Below, piece by piece: positions 21,295 to 29,980 of a DNA stretch of 64,000 bases. This DNA comes from Bacillota bacterium (GTDB taxonomy: Bacteria; Bacillota; Clostridia; DUPQ01). Positions within the stretch are counted from its first letter, which is position 1, and each line of letters starts with the position of its first letter. The notes under the pieces are model-generated. The model saw nothing but the letters and a program-made list of their open reading frames with translations, did not search any database and was not told where the DNA came from. The position numbers and the translations under genes are program-made. The stretch spans positions 118,138 to 182,137 of the forward strand of contig JAKJBR010000001.1 of the NCBI GenBank assembly GCA_022706885.1, in the 5' to 3' direction.

Positions 21295-22092
21295 TTGGAA
21301 TGTACTTTGTTTTACACGGAACTGTCAAGAGGGATATATCGGATTTCCGACAGTCTTCACGGACCGAATTCTGACGGATTTTCAGACGCACCGGGCAGGG
21401 CAACACAGAATTCATATTTGATACAAGGACAGGAAAGGGCTGCTTTAATTGATTTGGCAGTAGATACGCCTGACTTGTTTTCCTATGCTTGTCAGCTTAC
21501 AGGCCTTCCGACACAGGTACTGTTAACCCATGGGCATCCGGATCATGTTTACAATCTTGAGTCGGTTGGTGAAGCATGGCTTCATCCTGATGATTATGAT
21601 CTGGTCCTGAAAGGGATTCCGGGAATATGTTTTCCCATACATAATGTCGTACTGAATCCGCTGAAGGACAGGCAGAAGATTGATCTGGGTGAGCGAATCC
21701 TTGAGGTTATCCATATGCCCGGGCATACACTGGGGAGCGTTCTGTTTTGGGACAAACTGTCTGGTTTTTTGTTCAGCGGGGATTCCTGTTCAAGACGATT
21801 GCTCTACGGCCTAACGCCTACGGTCCCGTTGGATGAACATTGTAAAAAAATTGCCGGGCTTGCAGAGCTTCCCATTAATCATATTTACACAGCACATGAC
21901 CGATGCGGTCTGCCCAAGGCACACTTGCTGCGGAGTTGTGAACTTATCCGACAGGAACTTCCAAAGTCGGCAACAACAGTTATCATACCAGGAATAGGCA
22001 TTATGCGAAATCTCCGATGGGGAGATGAAAATACTCTGGATTACTTTGACATGGCGGTTGAAGAGTCCTATGTTGAAGGATTGTTGAAATAA
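21295..22092 (+). CDS. MBL-fold metallo-hydrolase
   Basis: 265 aa; HxHxDH motif LLTHGHPDHV, later HMPGHT. Confidence 0.7.
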   Translation: MECTLFYTELSRGIYRISDSLHGPNSDGFSDAPGRATQNSYLIQGQERAALIDLAVDTPDLFSYACQLTGLPTQVLLTHGHPDHVYNLESVGEAWLHPDDYDLVLKGIPGICFPIHNVVLNPLKDRQKIDLGERILEVIHMPGHTLGSVLFWDKLSGFLFSGDSCSRRLLYGLTPTVPLDEHCKKIAGLAELPINHIYTAHDRCGLPKAHLLRSCELIRQELPKSATTVIIPGIGIMRNLRWGDENTLDYFDMAVEESYVEGLLK

Positions 22093-22188
22093 GAAAAAGA
22101 CAATACTCATTTCTTACAACTGCTTTCCAATTCACCACAAATGAGCCACAGTCATATGTATTTGGTGGTACAAACCACCCTTTACATA

Positions 22189-22358
22189 TTAGCTCTTGAA
22201 AACCCATTCTCTTTGAACATGGAAAGAAACAAAGAAAAGTATTGTATACACCCCTGTTTTAATCAATGTGATTATTATTTCTCTTTCGGCAGGGATAATC
22301 AAGGAAAGTAAAGTTACAAGACCTGCCGATGTAAGCATAACGGATACGGATAATACAT
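22189..22358 (-). pseudogene. duplicated fragment (about 50 codons) of the C-terminal GtrA-like region of the downstream glycosyltransferase
   Basis: ORF 22189..22470 encodes VLSVSVMLTSAGLVTLLSLIIPAEREIIITLIKTGVYTILFFVSFHVQREWVFK, about 90% identical to the true C-terminus of ORF 22406..23485; about 158-nt tandem copy. Confidence 0.55.
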
Positions 22359-22581
22359 GGATTTTTGGTTTAATGACATAGATGATGAGAAAAACGGTTA
22401 AATAACTATTTACACTTCTTGAATACCCATTCTCTTTGAACATGGAAAGAAACAAAGAATAATATTGCATCCACCCCTATTTTAATCAATGTGATTATTA
22501 TTTCTTTTTCGGCAGGGATAATCAAGGAAAGTAAAGTTACAAGACCTGCCGATGCAAGCATAACGGATACGGATAATACAT
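22201..22581. repeat. tandem duplication of about 158 nt (22201..22358 and 22423..22581) separated by repeat copy B
   Basis: Direct comparison: acccattctctttgaacatggaaagaaacaaagaa...gatacggataatacat present twice at about 92% identity. Confidence 0.8.
22357..22422. repeat. direct repeat copy B (atggatttttggtttaatgacatagatgatgag-aaaaacggttaaataactatttacacttcttga), right side of island
   Basis: Matches 11380..11460; contains the stop codon of the GT gene. Confidence 0.8.
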
Positions 22582-23485
22582 AGTATTTGATAAGACACTT
22601 TTTATAATCACACTTATGTTTGAAAACCGAACTCTTATTGAAATTGAAATTAAAAAACGAGGATAACGCTCTGGCTATTACCGTACTTATAAGAATCCTT
22701 GTATTCTCTACATAATTTGCAAATATCAACAAAGACACATAGAAAACAATGTTGTCCAAAAGGAAAGATATTATTGAACTTAGCATGAACTTGAATATGA
22801 GCCTGTATATCCTGAAAGCATCTCGAACCGCCTTGAAATGCGACCCTACATTTTTATCCTCATATACGGTAGTTATTTCCACTTCCTTAAACGGAATACC
22901 TTCGGGTTTCATCTCTAAAAGCATATTGGTTTCATATTCAAAACGATCACCCTCAACTGAAAGAAGGAAAGGAATAAGTTTTACGGGAAATACTCTCAAT
23001 CCGGTTTGTGTGTCGTTAATATTTATTCCGCATCCCGTTTTGAAAACAAAGGAAGTTATCTTGTTTCCCAAAAAGCTTTTCGGGGGAACATCCGGTTGAT
23101 GGAAATTCCTTGCTCCCAATATAACCGTTTTGTCATCGGTCATGTGCTGCGAACATTTCAATATGTCTTCAGGAAGATGCTGTCCGTCCGCATCCGCTGT
23201 GACTACACCTTTAATATCTTTGTTCCGCTGCTGAATATATGAAAAGGCTGTTTTAAGAGCAGCTCCTTTTCCTTTATTCACTTCATGCTTTAACAGAGTG
23301 CACTGTTCCGTAGAAGATACTTCATCGAATATACCGTCATACTCCGGACCGCTTCCGTCATTTACCACTATAATATCGGAAAAGCCTTGTTCAATTAATC
23401 CCGAAACCGTCGTAAGAAGTTTCTGTGAGGGGTTTAATGACGGTATAACTGCGGTTATTCCAAGACCGTTATCTTTAAATGTCAT
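22406..23485 (-). CDS. family-2 glycosyltransferase with C-terminal GtrA-like membrane domain (polyprenol-phosphate sugar synthase-like)
   Basis: 359 aa; GT2 motifs AVIPSLNPS, VVNDGSGPEY, TADADGQH; C-terminal four-TM GtrA-like region. Confidence 0.8.
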   Translation of the reverse strand: MTFKDNGLGITAVIPSLNPSQKLLTTVSGLIEQGFSDIIVVNDGSGPEYDGIFDEVSSTEQCTLLKHEVNKGKGAALKTAFSYIQQRNKDIKGVVTADADGQHLPEDILKCSQHMTDDKTVILGARNFHQPDVPPKSFLGNKITSFVFKTGCGININDTQTGLRVFPVKLIPFLLSVEGDRFEYETNMLLEMKPEGIPFKEVEITTVYEDKNVGSHFKAVRDAFRIYRLIFKFMLSSIISFLLDNIVFYVSLLIFANYVENTRILISTVIARALSSFFNFNFNKSSVFKHKCDYKKCLIKYYVLSVSVMLASAGLVTLLSLIIPAEKEIIITLIKIGVDAILFFVSFHVQREWVFKKCK

Positions 23486-23500
23486 GATTATACTCCTTAT

Positions 23501-24919
23501 TTATTCCGATAGCATCTCCGCTACTTTCCACTTATTATTATACAGTATAAACACCAGGTCAAACGAATCTTCCAGATATCGCGTTTCATAGTATGTTTTA
23601 TGTATTGCACTGAAAGACATAGTGCATGTGAAACATGTTTCACTTACCGGACGGAAATCAATAACTTTAAGATACTTATACTCCAAAGTGGAACCCATTA
23701 CCCAGTACAGGCTTGCACATGCCGACTTAAGCCTGGACTGTAAAACACTGCCTTCAACAAGATATGCGTTTAATGTGGGGAAATATCCCCATATATCGCC
23801 TGTGGCGTTGACGGTAAAATTAATATATGTTTTGGCAAAATTCAGAGCATGCTGTTCGTGAGTGTTTTTCAGCTGCTCGTCTGCGGGGTAGTGATAGAAT
23901 ATATTCTTGCTATCGGAGGCCTTCGTTACCTCCAAAGACTTTCCGTTTACATCATAACATTCAATATCCGGTTCATAATACAAATCCTCCGCTGAGTATG
24001 TGTTTAACAAAGGAACCTGCGAGTATGTCGTTATATTCTCATACCCGGGATAATATGCTTCACCGTTTTCAATATACTTTTCCGTAAGTAATACTCCGTT
24101 TATATAAACCTTAACCTCTTTCGGAGCGGTGACTTTATATGAATAAGTTTCTTTTATAACTAAAGGGTAGGCATACTCGTTTTCCGTTTTGTTAAGTTCT
24201 AAAGGCAACCCCTTGTCGTCTTTAGCCGTTACTTCCGCCTCCAGGTATATACCCGGTATCTCATATTTCTTTCCCGTAGGTCGTTTATCAAAAGGCTGAT
24301 TGACATCTTCAAAACCTGTATATGCTACGGCATTGTCCGTGATATATGATTCACCCACTTTTATATTATTGACATACACATCGGCATATTCCGGTACCGT
24401 TATACTTAATGTTTTTTGCTCAGGTAAAAGCACCCAATCCAAAACGGTAAAGCTTGCGGTCTGCCAAAGATTGAAGCCGTATTTTGCGGAATTATCACCC
24501 TTGCTTGTCAGCACAACTTTACCTAAATCTGCCGAGTCGGTATAGATTATGTAGACCGGTGATGTGTCGGCATATTGCCCCGGCATCTTACGGTATTTAT
24601 ACTCTTCATTCTTAAGAAGTGAAAAGTATAATTGATTAATGACTGTGTTTTCCTCTTCAAATTCCGATACTTCAATCTTCTTGTTTTCAGCCATCAGGGC
24701 TCTTACGGTATCGTCATTGACGGTAGAGATAAACTCGTTCATATAGTTTTCCGGTCGGGATATTTCATAGGACTTTATATATTGCCAGAAGAAAACCAAA
24801 CCGACAAACACCGCAACAAGAAAGCATATTGAATATATAATCAAGCCTTTTACGAATTTACTCTTGGGTTTTCCCGCATTGTCTTTATTATGCATAACTG
24901 CTTTATCTCTCATAATCAC
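23501..24919 (-). CDS. hypothetical membrane-anchored protein (single N-terminal TM, large extracytoplasmic domain)
   Basis: 472 aa; TM anchor GLIIYSICFLVAVFVGLVFFW; no recognised motifs; ATGA overlap with upstream gene. Confidence 0.5.
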   Translation of the reverse strand: MIMRDKAVMHNKDNAGKPKSKFVKGLIIYSICFLVAVFVGLVFFWQYIKSYEISRPENYMNEFISTVNDDTVRALMAENKKIEVSEFEEENTVINQLYFSLLKNEEYKYRKMPGQYADTSPVYIIYTDSADLGKVVLTSKGDNSAKYGFNLWQTASFTVLDWVLLPEQKTLSITVPEYADVYVNNIKVGESYITDNAVAYTGFEDVNQPFDKRPTGKKYEIPGIYLEAEVTAKDDKGLPLELNKTENEYAYPLVIKETYSYKVTAPKEVKVYINGVLLTEKYIENGEAYYPGYENITTYSQVPLLNTYSAEDLYYEPDIECYDVNGKSLEVTKASDSKNIFYHYPADEQLKNTHEQHALNFAKTYINFTVNATGDIWGYFPTLNAYLVEGSVLQSRLKSACASLYWVMGSTLEYKYLKVIDFRPVSETCFTCTMSFSAIHKTYYETRYLEDSFDLVFILYNNKWKVAEMLSE

Positions 24920-25959
24920 CTTACCAAAAATGAAGTGGGAAGAGCCCTCGGACCGGTTACCGATGCACAGACATTGAGTACCTCACCCTCATAAATCATA
25001 AGTGTTGAGGAGCCGCCGTCTAAATTGGAAGCGTTGACTGCTCCGAAATCCAGCATAATATCCGCTAAGTCGGCATATGTGGCGCCCAGGGAGTTCATGC
25101 GTCTGCCGTCAACCACCAGCATCAGAACCGCTCCGTCGGCACGTTGTCCGATTGCCGTTCGGGGATTTAATCCGCTTATGAGGTCTTTTTCAAAACTCTG
25201 CACTTTTCCGTTTATAATCAAAGGGGGTCCGAAACTGACCGCCCACTGTATCTTGGCATCCATTGCCTCCTGTGTGGTCATCATGCCTACATGCAATATA
25301 CCCTTATCATCAAAGGCGGAGACATTCAGTTTTACATCGGGGTCACCCCAGACTACTTCACCGTTACATATAACCATACCGTCGGGAGTGCCTTCATGAC
25401 CGCCTCCCAAGGGATCATAGAAACCGCCCGCATTGATACCGGCAACGGCATCATACTTTTCCACCATTTCCGTAAGCTTTAAGCCTTTTCCTCCCAATTC
25501 GTCGGGAGTTCCCACAAATACTCTTAAGGGATCTTTTACTATAAGCATAACCGCTTCATAAAGGCTTCCCTTTATTCTGACAACCTCTATATCTTTTTCC
25601 TCCGGAACGGTATCTGTAATATCGGTATCCTCCCCCGAAGGAGGTAATGAAGAGGTAGGTGTGGGTATTTCAATTAAGGAGGTATCGGTTTTTTCTTTCG
25701 GTTCTTCTACAATCTCCGAAACAGTAAGGGTTGCAAGCTCTTCATCCGACAGATATATGTCGGCCAGAAAGCCTACAGCACTTGTTTCTCTTACCGACAG
25801 CACAAACAGTTTTTTTGCGGTAGGAGAAGGGCCTTTTACCAATACATATATAACTCCCAGCAGAGCCACAACTATTAAAGCTAAAGTGGTAAAGAAAACA
25901 GCCAGAGTTTTCAATATTACTGAAACCGCCCTTTTTGCAGCACCGAGTTTGTTTGTCAT
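24916..25959 (-). CDS. phosphodiester glycosidase family protein (DUF2233/NAGPA-like), membrane-anchored
   Basis: 347 aa; N-terminal TM; C-terminal region AGINAGGFYDP...ICNGEV...PPLIINGK resembles DUF2233. Confidence 0.5.
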   Translation of the reverse strand: MTNKLGAAKRAVSVILKTLAVFFTTLALIVVALLGVIYVLVKGPSPTAKKLFVLSVRETSAVGFLADIYLSDEELATLTVSEIVEEPKEKTDTSLIEIPTPTSSLPPSGEDTDITDTVPEEKDIEVVRIKGSLYEAVMLIVKDPLRVFVGTPDELGGKGLKLTEMVEKYDAVAGINAGGFYDPLGGGHEGTPDGMVICNGEVVWGDPDVKLNVSAFDDKGILHVGMMTTQEAMDAKIQWAVSFGPPLIINGKVQSFEKDLISGLNPRTAIGQRADGAVLMLVVDGRRMNSLGATYADLADIMLDFGAVNASNLDGGSSTLMIYEGEVLNVCASVTGPRALPTSFLVR

Positions 25960-26090
25960 AACAAGTCTCCTTACTTACCCTTCATATATTATATTCACAA
26001 AGAGAGGAATTTCCAATATAATATTGGTGCCGTTAAGGGGATATGCGGCAAAGAAAAGAAAGGTATTGTTATATAAAGTATAGTTGTCTT

Positions 26091-27398
26091 ATGAAAAGGA
26101 AAGCATATAAATTGCTTATATTGATTATAGTTGCAGCTCTGTTGCTTATGCTGTGCGGTTGTGCCGAACCGGTTATTTCTCCGAGCGAGACAACAGTAGT
26201 TTTACCATCACCCACACCCACACCGACACCCACACCTACAGTTATACCGGAAACGGAAACACCGTCTGCAACACCCGAACCGACTCCCGAGCCTACAGAA
26301 GAGATAAAACCCGATGCGGAGGATATAACCAAGAAGGTGTATGTAAGTGTTGACGGGCATTATTCCGACAAGCTTTCCGATTACAGTTTCTATTCCAAAC
26401 ACAAACTTAACAAAGGATCAAAAATAGAGATATCGTCTTATGAAAAGATGCACTCTTTATACATAATATGGGACAGAATACCTGGAGAATGGACGCTTAA
26501 TATAGGTGATGAAAAATTGACGTGCGGAAAGAACGGATTTATACATGAATATATAGAGCTGCCGTGCGGTTGCACAAGAATAAGTATTGAGTTGACAAAC
26601 GATGGTGCAACAATATGTGATGTCTATGTTTTCACATACGGCAATCTTCCCGGATGGGTACAGATATGGAATCCTCCGTATGAAGATGCCGATATGCTGC
26701 TGATACCCACTCATGCCGATGATGAACATCTGTACTTCGGAGGTATGATGCCGTATTATGCCGGACAGTTACAATACAAAGTCCAGATTGCATATCTTAC
26801 AAACCATTGGGGAGAACCGTACAGGCCTCATGAGTTGCTGAACGGATTATGGACCGTAGGCATGACCGCATACCCTGTTATAAGTGAATTTGAAGATAAA
26901 TATTGTTCAAATCTGGAACATGCCAAAAGCGTATATCCTATGGAGGATGTGCTGAATTTCCAGGTGGAGCTTTTAAGAAGATTCAAACCGGAAGTGGTGA
27001 TAGGACATGACTTAAAAGGTGAGTACGGTCACGGAGCTCATATGTTGAATGCATATGCCCTTACTTTAGCGGTGGAATATGCCGCAGACAGTACAAAATA
27101 TGTGTCATCGTATGAAAAATACGGTGTATGGGATACTCCGAAACTGTATCTTCATTTATATGAGGAAAACAAGATTTTAATGAACTGGGATATTCCGCTG
27201 GAGCGATTCAACGGGCTTACAGCATTTGAAATGGCCGTACAAGGCTATGACTGTCATAAGAGTCAGCACATATGGTCCTTTGCCGTAAGACAGGGTGAAA
27301 GTCAGTACGATTGCAGATGGTTCGGATTGTACAGAAGTCTTGTCGGTCCGGATGTGGAGAAGAATGATGTGTTTGAGAATATATTATCGGGAAAGTAA
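26091..27398 (+). CDS. PIG-L/LmbE-family N-acetylglucosaminyl deacetylase lipoprotein with Thr/Pro-rich linker
   Basis: ORF 26043..27398 trimmed to ATG 26091 (MKRKAYKLLILIIVAALLLMLCGC lipobox); HADDE motif (LLIPTHADDEHLYFGG) and GHDLKGEYGHGAH zinc-site motif. Confidence 0.65.
   Translation: MKRKAYKLLILIIVAALLLMLCGCAEPVISPSETTVVLPSPTPTPTPTPTVIPETETPSATPEPTPEPTEEIKPDAEDITKKVYVSVDGHYSDKLSDYSFYSKHKLNKGSKIEISSYEKMHSLYIIWDRIPGEWTLNIGDEKLTCGKNGFIHEYIELPCGCTRISIELTNDGATICDVYVFTYGNLPGWVQIWNPPYEDADMLLIPTHADDEHLYFGGMMPYYAGQLQYKVQIAYLTNHWGEPYRPHELLNGLWTVGMTAYPVISEFEDKYCSNLEHAKSVYPMEDVLNFQVELLRRFKPEVVIGHDLKGEYGHGAHMLNAYALTLAVEYAADSTKYVSSYEKYGVWDTPKLYLHLYEENKILMNWDIPLERFNGLTAFEMAVQGYDCHKSQHIWSFAVRQGESQYDCRWFGLYRSLVGPDVEKNDVFENILSGK
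26208..26243 (+). repeat. ACACCC/ACACCG hexanucleotide microsatellite encoding a (TP)n linker
   Basis: cacccacacccacaccgacacccacacctaca read directly in sequence. Confidence 0.8.
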
Positions 27399-27484
27399 AT
27401 ATCGGTAACACTCGATTTTATAGCGCTTATTGTAACTAAAATATTAGTAAAAATGAACTTTTAATGAACTTTTCCTGCAAAGCG

Positions 27485-27512
27485 TTGACATAAATGCCTG
27501 TTATGATAGTAT
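27485..27512 (+). promoter_or_regulatory. sigma-70-like promoter (TTGACA-16-TGaTAGTAT) upstream of small ORF
   Basis: consensus -35, extended -10 read from sequence. Confidence 0.45.
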
Positions 27513-27601
27513 CAAACATATTAAAACAATCAAAATATTAACAGAAGCAATATAAGGCTTTAAGTCCGTGTATATATTTTATTAAACCGAGAGGTGAGAT
27601 A

Positions 27602-27709
27602 ATGGAAGCTAAAAAACCCAAAGTCAAAGCAAGAATAGCAGTATTCATAATTGTCGCTATCCTTATAGTTGCAGCGGCAGTGTTTCTGTTTTTGTTGCTG
27701 GGAAGATAA
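27602..27709 (+). CDS. candidate small hydrophobic membrane protein (35 aa, MEAKKPKVKARIAVFIIVAILIVAAAVFLFLLLGR)
   Basis: Below ORF-track size cutoff; strong RBS GAGAGGTGAG 6 nt upstream; own promoter; basic N-terminus plus single TM. Confidence 0.4.
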   Translation: MEAKKPKVKARIAVFIIVAILIVAAAVFLFLLLGR

Positions 27710-27771
27710 AGATCCGTTCCTGCATGAAAGACGGAAAGCTTGTTCCGGAAGAAAAAACCGATTGAGTGTTA

Positions 27772-29973
27772 TTAATTCTCCAACAACTTGATAAACTGCT
27801 GCTTGTTGACCGCTTCTTTTTCCTTTAACGTATTTGTTGCTTTTATAACTCTCTCCCTATGTTTAAAACTCTCTTCCATTGCATTAATAACGGAGTGTTC
27901 CGTTACATCGGAAAGTTCCAAGCATGCCGAGCTTTCTATATAGTTCATGAAACCCGATACTTTTACATCATAGGATATTCCCACTACGGGAACATAATTT
28001 GCGGCTGCGAATATCAATGCGTGAAGTCTCATTGCTACAACCTGTTCCATCTTTGACATGAATGCCACTACCTGCTCGGTGGGATATTTATTGCGAATTA
28101 AATAGTAAGGTGTATCTAACAGTTCCGCCGTCTTTTCCGACACAGATAAATCCTTGGGATATTCCATAGGGAAGAATATTGTGGTAAATCCGTATTTGTT
28201 ATACATATGCTCGCAGGCTTTTGCAACGGCTTCATTCCTGTTGAAGTTTTTCCAGCTTCTAAGTGCCAGACAGATGTATTTTCCGTCTGCGGGTATATCT
28301 TCCGAAATGAATATCTTATGGGTGTTGCTTTTATCGGCGGTCAGGTTTATTGCGGGGTCTGCGGAAACGGTGATTTGAGGTTTTGTTACTCCTAAAGATT
28401 GCAACTCTTTTTCCGACATATGATCGCGTACCGTTATTACATCCACATAGTTATCAATTATCTTTCCCGACAGCTTTCTGTTGAACGGTCTGGATACAGG
28501 CCCTATTCCGCAGCCGAACATTATAACCTTACAGCCCAGTTTCTTGGCAAGATAAAGAGTAAAGGTGTAGAAGAAAAGCGATCTTGATGATGTCACATCC
28601 TGAATAAGGGAACCTCCTCCGCTTACAAATATCTTGGATTTTCTTAACAGGAAAAACAGCTTTATAACATTAAAGGTGTATATGGTCTGAACTCTGTCGA
28701 TTGCTCTTTCTTTTTTAGGCCTTAAGGTCATTACACATATATCCATATCCGGATCTATATTCCTCATACTGGATAAGGTTGTGTATTTTATTGCCTCATC
28801 ACCGGCATTACCTCGCCCGTATGCTCCGCATATAACTACCTTGTTGCGCTCCTTTTCGTTAAAGTGTTTGAGTATAAGCGAATAGATATCTTCCTGTTTA
28901 TTCTTCATTGCCTTTAGCGAGAAGTTGGCTTTTGTATGCTCATAGGAAGCTTTTTGCATGGTTATGCGTTTATTCTTGTCTTTTGACAGTTGATACAGAT
29001 AATTGCCTAATGTCTCATAATCCTTGGGCTCGAAAATGTATCCGGTAACTTTCTGGTCAATCAGTGAAGATGCTCCTCCCACATTACTGGAAACGGGGAT
29101 GGCTCCCGCCCGGATTCCTTCGGTTAAAGAGTAAGGGAAAGTTTCGCTAAGTGAGGATATTACATCAATGTCTATTACACTGAAAAAGCTGTCCACATCG
29201 TCTATCCAGCCCAAAAAGTGCACCTTTTCACTTACACCCAGTTGATTTGCCAAATCCGTAAGTTTTTGCTTTTCTTCGCCGTCTCCGCCGATAAGAAGAC
29301 GCATATTAGAATTATCGGCATGAGCTTTTGCAAAGCCTTTTATAAGGGTGGGTATATCCTTTATTTTGGTAAGACGTGCCGCTATCCCTATAATCAACTC
29401 GTCGGGATTATACGGTATGCCATATTGTTCAAAATATTCCTGCCTGGATATCTTAGGCATTTCTTTTTCAAAATCAATGCCGTTGTATATGGAAAACATG
29501 TTATATGCCTCAAAGCCTCTGGATATCAGGGTTCTTGCAAACTGTTCGGTAACGGCAATGTGAAACTTTATTATTCTCAAAGCCAATGTATTGAACAGAC
29601 CTATAGTGGCCTGTTTGAACAAGTTATGCATATAGTCTTTTCTGTAATCGGAGTGTATAGTGGTGGTAACACACGCATTTCTGTGCCTTTTAAGAAAAAG
29701 TCCCATCATGTTGGCTTTGGCTCCGTGACAGTGAACTATGTCCGGTTTAAATTTGTCATATTCAATAAAAAGGGCATGAATATCTTTGAGAAGGAAAGCA
29801 CTTTTAATTTCCGTCACATCAATGCCTTCGGCTTTGGCGCTTTCGGCAAAATCTCCGTATCGGAAAGATACCAGTTTAAGAGTATTGGTACGGGAAAGCT
29901 CTTTTGCCAAAGAGATTATATGGGTTTTTGCTCCTCCTATATCACCGCCGCCGGCAAGATGCATTATCTTCAT
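27772..29973 (-). CDS. bifunctional GT4 glycosyltransferase / polysaccharide pyruvyl transferase (CsaB-like) fusion
   Basis: 733 aa; N-terminal GT4 (MKIMHLAGGGDIGGAKTH...) and C-terminal pyruvyl-transferase domain (ICGAYGRGNAGDEAI...FVSGGGSLIQD...FGCGIGP). Confidence 0.75.
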   Translation of the reverse strand: MKIMHLAGGGDIGGAKTHIISLAKELSRTNTLKLVSFRYGDFAESAKAEGIDVTEIKSAFLLKDIHALFIEYDKFKPDIVHCHGAKANMMGLFLKRHRNACVTTTIHSDYRKDYMHNLFKQATIGLFNTLALRIIKFHIAVTEQFARTLISRGFEAYNMFSIYNGIDFEKEMPKISRQEYFEQYGIPYNPDELIIGIAARLTKIKDIPTLIKGFAKAHADNSNMRLLIGGDGEEKQKLTDLANQLGVSEKVHFLGWIDDVDSFFSVIDIDVISSLSETFPYSLTEGIRAGAIPVSSNVGGASSLIDQKVTGYIFEPKDYETLGNYLYQLSKDKNKRITMQKASYEHTKANFSLKAMKNKQEDIYSLILKHFNEKERNKVVICGAYGRGNAGDEAIKYTTLSSMRNIDPDMDICVMTLRPKKERAIDRVQTIYTFNVIKLFFLLRKSKIFVSGGGSLIQDVTSSRSLFFYTFTLYLAKKLGCKVIMFGCGIGPVSRPFNRKLSGKIIDNYVDVITVRDHMSEKELQSLGVTKPQITVSADPAINLTADKSNTHKIFISEDIPADGKYICLALRSWKNFNRNEAVAKACEHMYNKYGFTTIFFPMEYPKDLSVSEKTAELLDTPYYLIRNKYPTEQVVAFMSKMEQVVAMRLHALIFAAANYVPVVGISYDVKVSGFMNYIESSACLELSDVTEHSVINAMEESFKHRERVIKATNTLKEKEAVNKQQFIKLLEN

Positions 29974-29980
29974 AAAGTCC

